From NCBI RefSeq assembly GCF_006345805.1, contig NW_021832066.1, positions 1 to 33,575 on the forward strand: a stretch of 33,575 bases of DNA, written 5' to 3'. Origin of the DNA: Octopus sinensis. Its lineage: Eukaryota. Below, piece after piece: positions 23,528-33,575 of this stretch (its first letter is position 1; each line of letters starts with the position of its first letter). Both the position numbers and the translations under genes were made by a program. The notes under the pieces are model-generated. The model was not told the DNA's origin. It worked only from the letters and a program-made list of their open reading frames with translations, and made no database searches.

Positions 23528-24979
23528 GTAGAATCTTTTCGAAAGACAAACATCTAAAACATATCAGCCTACACTCCATATATCTGTAGGTTGACATCAT
23601 GTTTACTATGGGATATTTCATTGGTCTTGTATGGTATCTTATTTGTTCATTGCCTGATGCAGTGGCCAAACTGATGAATCATAATCTATATTGAGTTCAG
23701 TATCATTAGGGAATACTCTTTGAGAAATTTGTAAAGAAGGAAGAACGACTGAGTAATAATGTTCTACTTTTAGATGTCAGATTTGTTTATTATTGATAAA
23801 TGATTCTGTGTACTGAATAGTTGCATATCTCTTTATATAATTAAATCACCATCTATGCCATCGCCCTTATCATCTATTCTATTTCTGTCATTATCATCTG
23901 CTCTATTCTCATAGATTCTCAGTCTTCTCCTTCCTCTCTCACTCCTACCTACCTCCTTCAGTAATGACCTCTAGCTGTAAATGTATTGAATACTGTTACA
24001 TGGCTGTTGAGTGTACAACAGGCATTTTGCAGTTATGTATATGTTCTGTAAATGTCAGCTTAATACAAGGAATCTACGTTTATACTGATAAACATTACTG
24101 TATCATATCTGCCTATAAAGTGTGAATTCAAAATAGATTGGCATTTAAAAAATTAATTGAATGTAACTTTCTTATTGTTCTATGGAAACCATTGAGACTT
24201 CTCCAATGGAAAGCTTTTTTGATATTATAGATTATGAAAAAAATACTCATTTTTTGTCTCTCTTTGAACCTTAACTAATTAAAGGAAGGTCTTGAATGTA
24301 ATTAACAAATATTTTTGCCAGATATATCACTCAAGCAAATTCAAATATTCAGTCTTTGAAGACATGACTGTTCTAATACAATGTTTTTGGCAGGAGATTT
24401 GATCTGAAATTCGGTGTTGAAACAGAAAGTGTTGTATTTTGTTAGACATCATCTGGTCTTGAATTTGTCTGACTCAGCCATGATCTCACATAGCTTTCAG
24501 CAGATGGTAAAATGGCGAGTTTTTAGTTCAAATGCACACTGGAAGTGCCAGTTATGGATGTACATTTATATTTTTCATATGTAGTTGATTGTGACTGCAA
24601 CTCATTTTTTGAATGCTGGGCCCATGACCAGTACCTTGATTTTACTCTTAATGGAAAATGTAAGATAAAAACATGATTTTAGAATGAGCCATTTAAACCT
24701 TTCATTGACTACTATCATTCATGGTAACCAGGTCCTGTAGACATTAGCAGCAATTCAGGAACTTAATGATCCTGACCATCAATCTCACAAAAATATCTCT
24801 GCTCAACATTGTGTGAGTGTCATTGTTAGTTAGTAAATGACTCTTTCACCAGACTAAAACTGCACATCCATCATGCTGCTTCTCAGGATTATAACTGTAG
24901 TGCTAGGCCAATGGCTGTCAGGTGCTATGACTTGCACAAATTTGGTCCAGGGGTGAAAATCATATGCTATTGGTGGTGT

Positions 24980-25182
24980 TATGGTTTAGCCCCAGAACTA
25001 TTTGAGCCAACCTATGATCAAAAGTATTTCAGTTGTGAACAACAGTTTTGTACGCACAATGCAACTACAATTATATTATGAACTTGTACTTCCTTTTTTT
25101 TTTTAAGACAGTAGAATGTAATTTGCATGAGATTTGGCTGCTGTGTCTTGCATGTCAGACAATCATGTAGATGCTCCCTTGT
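24980..25182. repeat. Degenerate dispersed repeat, related to 26830-26988
   Basis: Shared anchors in the same order: GTTTA.CCCCAG, ATT.CAG...(T)GA/AAC, then .GCTG.....GCA.GT...A(C)..TGTA...GCTC. Diverged; aligned by eye only. Confidence 0.45.
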
Positions 25183-25267
25183 TGGTTTATCTGTGCATAA
25201 TTGGAGTGGAAGATATATCATTCTCAGTTTCTTAGATTTTTATTTGTTTTGTATTATTGCCTTGTAG

Positions 25268-25399
25268 GTTTTATGGTTTCTGGGGGACTTCTCTCCCTAA
25301 CATTGTTGTGGAGACCAGATGAAGCTGGATCAACACTTGTATTTGCTTTTATAGGAGGCTGGGGAATTGTTGATGGCATCTGGCAGTCTCAGATCACAG
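25268..25399 (+). CDS. UNC93A: Internal (penultimate) coding exon of a UNC93A-like MFS membrane protein
   Basis: Acceptor ccttgtag and donor G|gtgag; 132 bp, phase 1-1. Encodes FMVSGGLLSLTLLWRPDEAGSTLVFAFIGGWGIVDGIWQSQIT, matching the UNC-93 family motif LLW.P...GLWG.ADAVWQTQ. Confidence 0.88.
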
Positions 25400-26552
25400 G
25401 TGAGCAATAAAGGACTCTTTAATTATTTTCTAACACATGTACTTAAAACATGATTATTTTTAAATGTTTTCAACTCAATAATGTAAATAGGAAATATTTG
25501 GGGTTGTTTCAACACATGATTTCACATCAAGAATCTTGCAAAACAAATACAAAAGTGTAAATAGGAAGCCTTTTACTGGAAAACTTTAATAGGAAGTAGA
25601 CTAATGCTTTAATGCTTTTAATTAATTCTCTCTATTAATTTTGGATATTCATGTAGAAAGTCATATTAATTAAGTGGTTATATAGGTCAAACAATGACCT
25701 TTAATACATCATATTCAAAAGGTTTTATTTAAAGTTCAAGAATTCTGCTATAGAATTAAAATAGGTATTAATGTAATGTACTACCTCCTTCATATTCCTG
25801 ATATTATGCATATCTTGTTTTGATTATGAAGGAAACGGCATCTCCTAACCTTGAACTTTCAGAGAGAAAAGCAAAATATGTCCAGGTCTTTCCCTAATAT
25901 TTATTGCTGTAGTAGTAACAAGTATTAAAATTAATACACATTAGTGCAGAAGGCTGAAACTTTATCAACTTGCTTATTCTAATAATCCTTCACCAATATA
26001 TGATAAATTGATGAAATACTGATCCTTCATTTATGAATAAATCTTAATTGAAAGTTAGTTCGTATTAGAGTTTTAGAAAAATATAAATAAATAACAATAA
26101 CAGTAGAAAGAAGAAAAGTTACAAACATACAAAATTACAAAGATTTTATTTGAAATTTAAAAGTCACTCCACTGATTGTGAATTAAAATAAAAATATTTA
26201 CATAAAACATCATATTCTCTGGAGGTAGCATTTGTAACAAACATAATCCTAGGCAAGTATTTGGTTAAAAAATTCGAAGTGATGTTACTTTTAATATTTC
26301 TTTTAAGCTTAACAAAAGCAAACTTTGTATTTATCAAGACAAAGTGAAACTTATTATTCATTAATTCTAAAAGCATACTTTAGTATTTATCAATTCTAAA
26401 AGCACTATAGGAAGGGCTAACATTTTTGAAAGTGTAACAAAAATGTTAGTTCTCTTTGTAGTGTAAAGTTAATATGGAAATGTGTAGAGCATGTTGGGTT
26501 TACAATAAGAATTTTAGTGAAGATTCAAATTTAACTATTATTTCAATCATTC

Positions 26553-26754
26553 TTTCTAATTTTGCACAAAGCCAACAGTTTTGAGGGGAGGGAGCAAATC
26601 AGTTATATTGACCTTCTGTACTTTACCGGTGCTTTATTTTATCAATCCCAAAAGGCAATGTTGACCTTGATGGAAATTAGCTTGTAAAACAGCCAGAACA
26701 AATGCTGCTAAGCATTTTTCAGATGCACTAATGTTTCTGCCTGCTTGTTACCTT
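26553..26754 (-). mobile_element. Degenerate SINE family 2 copy
   Basis: The reverse complement matches 27797-27999 (GCAGAA.CATTAG...AAATGCTTAG...TTGCCTTT...TGATAAAATAA...TTGTGC.AAA). Confidence 0.75.
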
Positions 26755-26829
26755 GACTGTTATTTCAATGACAATCAATAGAAGAGATTAAGTCAGTAAA
26801 AACTCCCATGTAAAAACACAATGTATTGT

Positions 26830-26988
26830 TTGTTTAACCCCAGGTCAGACATTCCAGCCATAACCATCTAATCTTCTTTCACAGACATTATATACTCTAG
26901 GATACATTATCCAATGTGTTCTGACACTAGGATATGGTTTGATGAACATTTTTCTGCTGTTTGTAGCAGGTGACTATGTACAGGGCTC
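26830..26988. repeat. Degenerate dispersed repeat, related to 24980-25182
   Basis: TGTTTAACCCCAGGTCAG...ATTCCAGCCATAACCATC...CTGCTGTTTGTAGCAGGTGACTATGTACAGGGCTC. Confidence 0.45.
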
Positions 26989-27796
26989 AAATATAATAAA
27001 TATAGATATGATATGATTTCTGCAGTGTATAACAATCTTTACATTGTCTCCATACATTATAACACTGGTTACTATTGCAGTATAAACCACAACTATTTTC
27101 AACCTTACTATTGGAAATTTCCCAACTAGTAGATCTGTAAAGAGGTTTGAATTATTCAGATTTGGTTTAAATCTCATTGATTTACTGATCACTTTATTGT
27201 ATGCTATTGAAAAGGATATTTATACTAAAGGATTACAATACAATAAAAAATTAATGCTCTTAAATCAATAGTCCCAAGTTATTTAGATAAGCTAAATTAT
27301 ATCTCAAAATAATACTTGTTATATTTTCATAGTAGTTAAAAATTAATATTTTTTTATGATATAATTTACCAAATAGAATTTTTTGAATAAATATATGACC
27401 AGAGTTAATTTAAGTATTTTGTGTTTTAAAACATTGAATACTTTTCACTTTGATCGTATTTAAAAATGATCAGACTGCAGATATTTAAAACTATTTAAAT
27501 CTAATCCACCAAATAAAGCTTTATTTTAAATCCTTTTCTCCTGCATTTTTCAGATTATTTTTATTTTTGAGATTAATTACAGATACTAGCATTATACGAA
27601 GTCATTTCTCTATCACATAGGATCGTTATAAATGAATGTTAAATTACATTATTACTTTGTTAATTGGGACTTTACTACAAACATTTTTCATTCATTTTTA
27701 CATACTGATGTTGATGACTTTTCAAACCTAAGTATTAACATAAATTGCTCAAATATCTCTATAATAAGAATTCATTCTTGATATTAAGCAGCTATA

Positions 27797-27999
27797 AGGT
27801 GACAAGATAGCAGAATCATTAGCATGCTGAGGAAAATGCTTAGTAACATTTCATCCATCTTCACATTCTAAGTTCAATTCTGCTGAGGTTGATTTTGCCT
27901 TTCATCCCTTTGATAAAATAAGTACCAGTTGAATACTGGGGTCAATGTAATTGATTTACTCTGCCTCTAAAATTTCTGACCTTGTGCCAAAATTTTAAA
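27797..27999 (+). mobile_element. tRNA-derived SINE family 2
   Basis: A-box-like TAGCAGAATCATTAG, B-box-like AGTTCAATTC, then GCCTTTCATCC...GATAAAATAAGTACCAG, which resembles the MetaSINE-type central domain as I recall it. Confidence 0.75.
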
Positions 28000-28121
28000 T
28001 CTATATTAAACAGCTATTAAGTTGGTCATGTCATTGAGCTCAGTCGGCCGAGACACAATAATTTCCCTCATAAAAGAGTTGTGTGTGATTCAAATTTCAC
28101 TTTTCAACTATGTAGTGGCTT

Positions 28122-28228
28122 GGGATTTATTTCTCACTGTGCTGTTCCTTGGGCAAGTGTCTTCTGCCATTGGTTCTGATCAACCAAAGCCTTGTGAGTG
28201 AAATTTGGTAAACGGAAATTGTGCTGAA
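28122..28228 (+). mobile_element. Old fragment of SINE family 1
   Basis: CCTTGGGCAAGTGTCTTCT...AACCAAAGCCTTGTGAGTGAAATTTGGTAAACGGAAA matches ~28897-28967. Confidence 0.8.
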
Positions 28229-28820
28229 ACATATTAAAGGGGTTGTTCCTTTTGAAAAGATTGACTTAATATTTTGCCTGGTTTAACACTACTATGTGAT
28301 CCTTAAATGGAATACATTCTATTGTGAGCATTCTACCTGTGACATGTCCTCTATCTGAGAATAACTTATTCATTTTCTCCACCAGTCTGAACAATGCCCA
28401 TCTACATTTAACTAAGCCATTTAAAATAAAGCTGGACAAATCACAGAATAATAGTTTACTAAATGGATGTTTGACAGCTCATATTCCATCATTAACACTG
28501 CACTGTGGTTTTCAAGATGACACTTCACATTTAATGACCCTGTCTAGTCAAAGAATGTATAATTTGATAAATATTTTGTTATAATTGACTTTAAATCCCA
28601 TCACAGGATTAGCTTAAGAAAGTTAGTTGGTTTACCCTAAGTACATTAATAAAGACAAAGATATTTTCATTAGTGTTCCAGCAACCCATTTTGTTGCAGA
28701 ACATCTATTAGAATAATTACACTTGATTCAGTATTACACCACACTATTACTTCAGTCAACAAATCTTTATTGATCAAATTCTTTAAAGTTTCTAAACAAA
28801 AAAAAAAATAAATAATAATA

Positions 28821-29234
28821 GGCGCAGGAGTGGCTGTGTGATAAGTAGCTTGTTTACTAACCACATGATTCCGGGTTCAGTCCCACTGCGTGGCACCTTG
28901 GGCAAGTGTCTTCTACTATAGTCTTGGGCCAACCAAAGCCTTGTGAGTGGATTTGGTAGACGGAAACTGAAAGAAGCCCGTCGTATATATGTATATATAT
29001 ATATGTGTGCGTGTGTGTCTTTGTGCATCTGTGTTTGTCCCCCTAGCATTGCTTGACAACCGATGCTGGTGTGTTTATGTCCCCCGTTACTTAGCGGTTC
29101 GGCAAAAGAGACCGATAGAATAAGTACAGGGCTTACAAAAGAATAAGTCCCGGGGTCGAGTTGCTCGATTAAAGGCGGTGCTCCAGCATGGCCGCAGTCA
29201 AATGACTGAAACAAGTAAAAAGAGTAAAGAGTAA
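28821..29234 (+). mobile_element. Full-length tRNA-derived SINE family 1
   Basis: A-box-like TGGCTGTGTGAT, B-box-like GGTTCAGTCCC, internal TA/TG tract, LINE-like 3' tail and short (AGTAAAG)n repeats. Confidence 0.92.
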
Positions 29235-29524
29235 TTAAACATTACAATTATTATAGTAACAATGAAAAAATGTTTTAAAATTTATTGTAATTTGTTAAAA
29301 ATTAATATTTTAAAATTTATTTTACTATTATTTATGAAAATGTTTGCAATAAATAGAATCCCTTGTGAGAAATTATGATCATTGTGAAAAAAATCTACTT
29401 AATTTATAACTGTGGTTAGAGGACTAATATTTAAAATTAAATCCCCCAAATAAGGCTTAATTTTAAATCTTTAGTCTCAAGATTAACATATTTTATAACT
29501 TTATAAAAATTTTTCTCTTTGCAG

Positions 29525-29751
29525 CCTTAGTGAAGACCCAGTTTATTGAATATGGAGAAGCTGTGAAAGTTAATGCACACGTTCTTCAGGCTTTAGGATC
29601 TGCTATTGCTTTTGGTTATGCTCCATTCGTGTCATTCTCAACCAAAGCTTATGTATCGCTAGCATTTGTTGCATGGGCAATTATGGGTTACATTGTCTGG
29701 GAATCAACAACAGTGACATTCCAAATGCGTTCTATGTCATCCAGTGTTTGA
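29525..29751 (+). CDS. UNC93A: Terminal coding exon of the UNC93A-like protein
   Basis: Polypyrimidine tract and acceptor tttttctctttgcag; phase 1 joins the upstream exon in frame. Encodes ALVKTQFIEYGEAVKVNAHVLQALGSAIAFGYAPFVSFSTKAYV...MGYIVWES...TGA, matching the UNC93A pattern ALYG.LF...EAAFANYRLWEALGFVIAFGY. Confidence 0.88.
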
Positions 29752-29856
29752 GTTACATTGAGTGTTGATAGTGAACCCTAGAGACCAAAATTGTACAATT
29801 CTGATACACAAGTAGCAGTTATTGCTGATAATTCTAGGCTTGACTGACTGACTGCA

Positions 29857-29862
29857 AATAAA
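29857..29862 (+). promoter_or_regulatory. Candidate polyadenylation signal AATAAA
   Basis: About 105 bp after the stop codon, followed by a GT/T-rich tract at 29911-29940. Confidence 0.5.
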
Positions 29863-30140
29863 TAGAGAATACTGATGATAATGAGTTGATACATGGTAAA
29901 AGATGATTAAGTGGTTTGTTTTTGGTTGTTTTTTTCTTGCCTTTAATTTTTTTCCCCCATTTAACAACCCAACAAAACATTTCTTCAATCTTTTATAAAG
30001 ACTGAATTTAATAGAAATGAATTTTCTTTTTTCTTTTCATTTTTGCTCTTATATAGAACTAGACTGTTTGAAAAAAGAGCAAAATCTCATGTCTTTCATA
30101 ATTGTTCATGAATGCAATTATTTTAGTATTTAAATGTGCA

Positions 30141-30289
30141 TTAGCCCTTTAGCATTCATATAGTAACAGTGTTAAACAAGTTGATGTATCCTTATCAAAA
30201 CAGGGAGATTATGAAACTAGGTAAAACACATCACCTTCGTGATTCATGGAGGAGGATAGATATGACTAGTTTGAATGCTACTTGGTTAA
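30141..30289. mobile_element. Degenerate MITE with piggyBac-like ends
   Basis: Left end TTAGCCCTTTAGCATTCA versus reverse complement of the right end TTAACCAAGTAGCATTCA (14/18 identical); TTAA-like termini. Confidence 0.5.
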
Positions 30290-30696
30290 TTGCAGATATA
30301 ATTGATGGTTTACTATTTAAATGGGTATATCTCATAACTCCTAGAAGACAGAGTATGATAGTCCTAGCATTGCTGTAAAACGTGGACATAGCACAGTTCT
30401 ATGTGGTTATATAAGAATATTTACCATCATATATCAGCACAGCACTGTGAATACCATTTATTGTCTTCTTGTCAAACAAGCAAATATCAAAACTGTCAAC
30501 TATGAATATAATTCATGGCTTACTGCTAAATATATTTATATGTGCAGATCAGTTTAAATCATGATCTCATTTTTTAAAATGTCAAAATTTAATGTTTACT
30601 ATTATATATTTCCAACTTAACTCTTATTTAACCAAGATTTAACATTAGCATTTGCATTAATGCTTTCTGATCATCCTCACCATCGCCAGCCTCATC

Positions 30697-30784
30697 ATAT
30701 ATATACACATATGTACAAACACACACAAATGCATGCGTGCACACACACACACACACACACACATGTATGTGTGTATATGTGTGC

Positions 30785-30838
<54 letters not shown>

Positions 30839-30850
30839 TATATAATATAT
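30697..30850. repeat. (CA)n/(TA)n microsatellites
   Basis: Directly visible. Confidence 0.9.
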
Positions 30851-30854
30851 GCTA

Positions 30855-31038
30855 CAGAAAATAAGGTAATTCTCAAATGCAGAATAGCTATGGAAACAGT
30901 TTAGAAGATTGGCTAAATACCCTTAGAAAATGGGGAAAAAAGTGGCCAGCAAGCTTTTTTATGTCTTCTAAGGGTATTTAGCTAATCTCTAAGCTGTTTT
31001 CAGAGTTATTCTGCACTCGAAAATTCCTTTATTTTCTG
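30855..31038. repeat. Long imperfect inverted repeat (foldback or MITE-like)
   Basis: Arm 30855-30928 matches the reverse complement of 30966-31038, including GCTAAATACCCTTAGAA/TTCTAAGGGTATTTAGC. Confidence 0.9.
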
Positions 31039-31096
31039 GAGAATACCAATTCACTCAGTGCTTCTAAGTTTGTTTATAATAATAATAATAATATGA

Positions 31097-31104
<8 letters not shown>

Positions 31105-31172
<68 letters not shown>
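31105..31172. repeat. (CA)n microsatellite
   Basis: Directly visible. Confidence 0.95.
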
Positions 31173-31173
<1 letters not shown>

Positions 31174-32412
31174 TTGCATGTGCATGTGTGTGTATAAAGT
31201 TTATATATATATGTATACACACACATATGTGTGTGTGAGGGATTTGCTCATAACCTTAAATTTCATGTGTTAGTTATTGCAATTTTCAAATGCTTAACAG
31301 TTGAAATGGTACTAAATTTCATCAGGATGTGGAATTTTATGAGACTTCAAATGTTATTTGGTTGTATTAAAAAAAACCCTCAAATAAGGCACTTTAGTGG
31401 TTGCTTCCCTTACATTAGTGTTGATTTTGATAATGCTGGTATATCAGTGTACTGTCAGTAGTTTTGGGTGCAGATGTGCATATTTCATGCAAATTAAAGT
31501 CTATGAAAAGTATGCATTTATTATTATACCAGCTGAGTATCCCATTATTACCAGTAATTTTCACATTAGAATGTATTTATTTCAATTTCTTTTATTCTAT
31601 ATCAGACCATGTCTTCTCTGATGGATAGGCCTCTTGATCAGGACAGATTTCTGCATAATTTCGAGTAAATTATGATCTCTCAATAGATTAAGGTTTTTGT
31701 TTTTCCATTTGGTGCATAGATGTAAAGATTTATCTTAGTTCACTGCTGATGTTTTGTAAGGGTCTTTCAATTCTGTTACCCTAATGAAATTCCTTATGTA
31801 CATGCATACACATTCACACACACATACACAGACATGCACATACTCAGTCTGAGTGATATACAGAGAAAGAGCAAGAGAGAGTGTGGCAAATATATATAGA
31901 GATGGGGAAAGTTTACAATGAGAAAAGCATAAAAGATAGAATAGACAGATAGAGAGAGGGAACTTTTCTGTTGCTGTCACAGATTTTGAAATTTTAAAAC
32001 TGAGTGAAAATTTTAAAATTTCGTATATTGATGCAACTTTTCATGCTGAATTCGATTTTGTGACTCATTTATTCCCGAAAAATTTTAGAAATATGTTACA
32101 GAGGTTTAAAGTTTGATCATTTTTACCCAATCAGAAAATAGGATTTGGAAGCTAGTATTTTCTGCATGATGACTTTCTATCACAAGAAGAAAACAGAAAC
32201 ATTATGTGGCTGAAATTTTAAACAAAACGAAAGTAAAACATTACAACAAAAGTTGTAGGAAATTTTAATAAGTTTTAAAGAATAAGGTCATGTGAAACAG
32301 TCAATTAGGCATATAAATATTTTACATAGAGATAGACAGATGCTCTTAATATTGCGTTACATGTCATATCAAGGGTGAGATGGGGGAGGAGTAGGATGCA
32401 TGGGAGATGTAC

Positions 32413-32443
<31 letters not shown>

Positions 32444-32892
32444 CAAGTAAGTAAGTGAGTGATAAACAGTGTGGCAAATATATATAAAGAGGGGAAAGGT
32501 GTAAATGACAGAGAGATAGATAGAAAGAGGTATATTTCATAATCTAAATGTTGAGTTATTCTCTTAGTAAATTATATTTTTTGATTAATTATAACCGAAA
32601 ACCTCCTTGAGATGCAGATTTTGAAATTCAAACTTGTTTTTCTCAAGGATGCACCAATTTAGAGCCTTTCCATGATATACACACATACACTCTCATTTAT
32701 ATAGTGGATACATAAAAATGTATGCATTTGTGTATTATACAATCTATTTTTGTATGGGTGTGTGCTTACCAGGGTCATATATATCGAAATTTATATAAAT
32801 ATCTACCAATGTACACATTCATATACATGTGTACAAGTGAATTCATATTTATATTGTGTGTGTATGTGTATATATATATGTGTGTGTGTGTA

Positions 32893-32940
32893 TCCTTTTA
32901 CTAGTTTCAGTCATTGGACTGTGGTCATACTGGAGCACGA
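32893..32940 (-). mobile_element. Isolated SINE family 1/LINE 3' tail fragment
   Basis: The reverse complement reads GTGCTCCAGTATGACCACAGTCCAATGACTGAAACTAGTAAAAGGA. Confidence 0.75.
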
Positions 32941-32967
32941 CATCGGTGCTGGAGACTACATACACAC

Positions 32968-32969
32968 AT

Positions 32970-33016
<47 letters not shown>

Positions 33017-33126
33017 AGGCTCGTATATTATATATATATGTATAGGCTCGTATATATATATATATGTATAGGCTCGTATATATATATATATATATGTATA
33101 GGCTCGTATATATATATATGTATAGG

Positions 33127-33186
<60 letters not shown>

Positions 33187-33205
33187 TGTATAGGCTCATA
33201 TATAT
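32968..33205. repeat. Minisatellite [TGTATAGGCTC(G/A)(TA)n] x6
   Basis: Six TATAGGCTC cores separated by variable TA runs. Confidence 0.92.
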
Positions 33206-33399
33206 AAAATGCATATGGATATATGTATAAATATACATATACATGCATATATATATATGTATGTATGTTTGTAAATATGTGTGCATGTATACACAAGCAA
33301 ACACACACACATTCATACGTATATGTGTATATGTGTACATGCATATAATAAATCATTATACATAAATATTTTGTATGCATAGCTTTGAATTTAAGCAGG

Positions 33400-33575
33400 A
33401 GTGCCTGAGAATGCTGTGTTTTTCTCTCTCTGTGTATCTTTCTGTTGAAGAGCGTAGGCTCGAAACGTTAGAGACTTGTTTTATTTATATTTCCTGAGCG
33501 CCATACTAATACAATTGTTCGTTTGTTTTCCACCTGCCTTCGTCTTTTGTTATTTTCATAAAGCTTCCGTTATAT
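33400..33575 (+). mobile_element. Short dispersed repeat with a hammerhead-like motif (33437-33474); homologous to 17716-17870
   Basis: TCTTTCTGTTGAAGAGCGTAGGCTCGAAACGTTAGAGACT...CCACCTGCCTTCGTCTTTTGT, ending at TATAT. The 5' boundary is approximate. Confidence 0.7.

Noticed and set aside
23590-23694. Hydrophobic reading frame after tgtag (VDIMFTMGYFIGLVWYLICSL...) as a possible UNC93 exon
   Set aside because: No recognisable UNC-93 motif, and no convincing donor in the phase needed to join 25268.
28792-29214. 140-aa minus-strand ORF
   Set aside because: It is an antisense translation of the SINE; similar peptides arise from the other copies.
33011-33200. Repeat-spacer pattern resembling a CRISPR array
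   Set aside because: The spacers are plain TA runs, the context is eukaryotic and there are no cas genes.

Overview
Eukaryotic, repeat-dominated genomic DNA. The SINE and LINE families look like those I recall from Octopus genomes, so a cephalopod origin is inferred. Bases 1-19.4 kb are a retroelement cluster set in a compound (TA)n-TTCA satellite. It holds a CR1/L2-group LINE (APE+RT), an RTE LINE with a PHD-like zinc finger inside its RT region, a tRNA-derived SINE, a probable solo LTR and older RTE relics. It also holds a minus-strand Penelope-like element (RT + C-terminal GIY-YIG) whose 3' end carries a canonical minimal type I hammerhead ribozyme (11180-11223). Two copies of a second repeat carry a hammerhead-like motif with a non-canonical core. 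The only host gene I can support is the last two coding exons of a UNC93A-like membrane protein (25268-25399 and 29525-29751, + strand). Most short ORFs in the supplied track are microsatellite or SINE artefacts. The strongest leads are the ribozyme(s), a SINE/LINE shared 3' tail with a compensatory stem-loop change, and the zinc finger embedded in the RTE RT.
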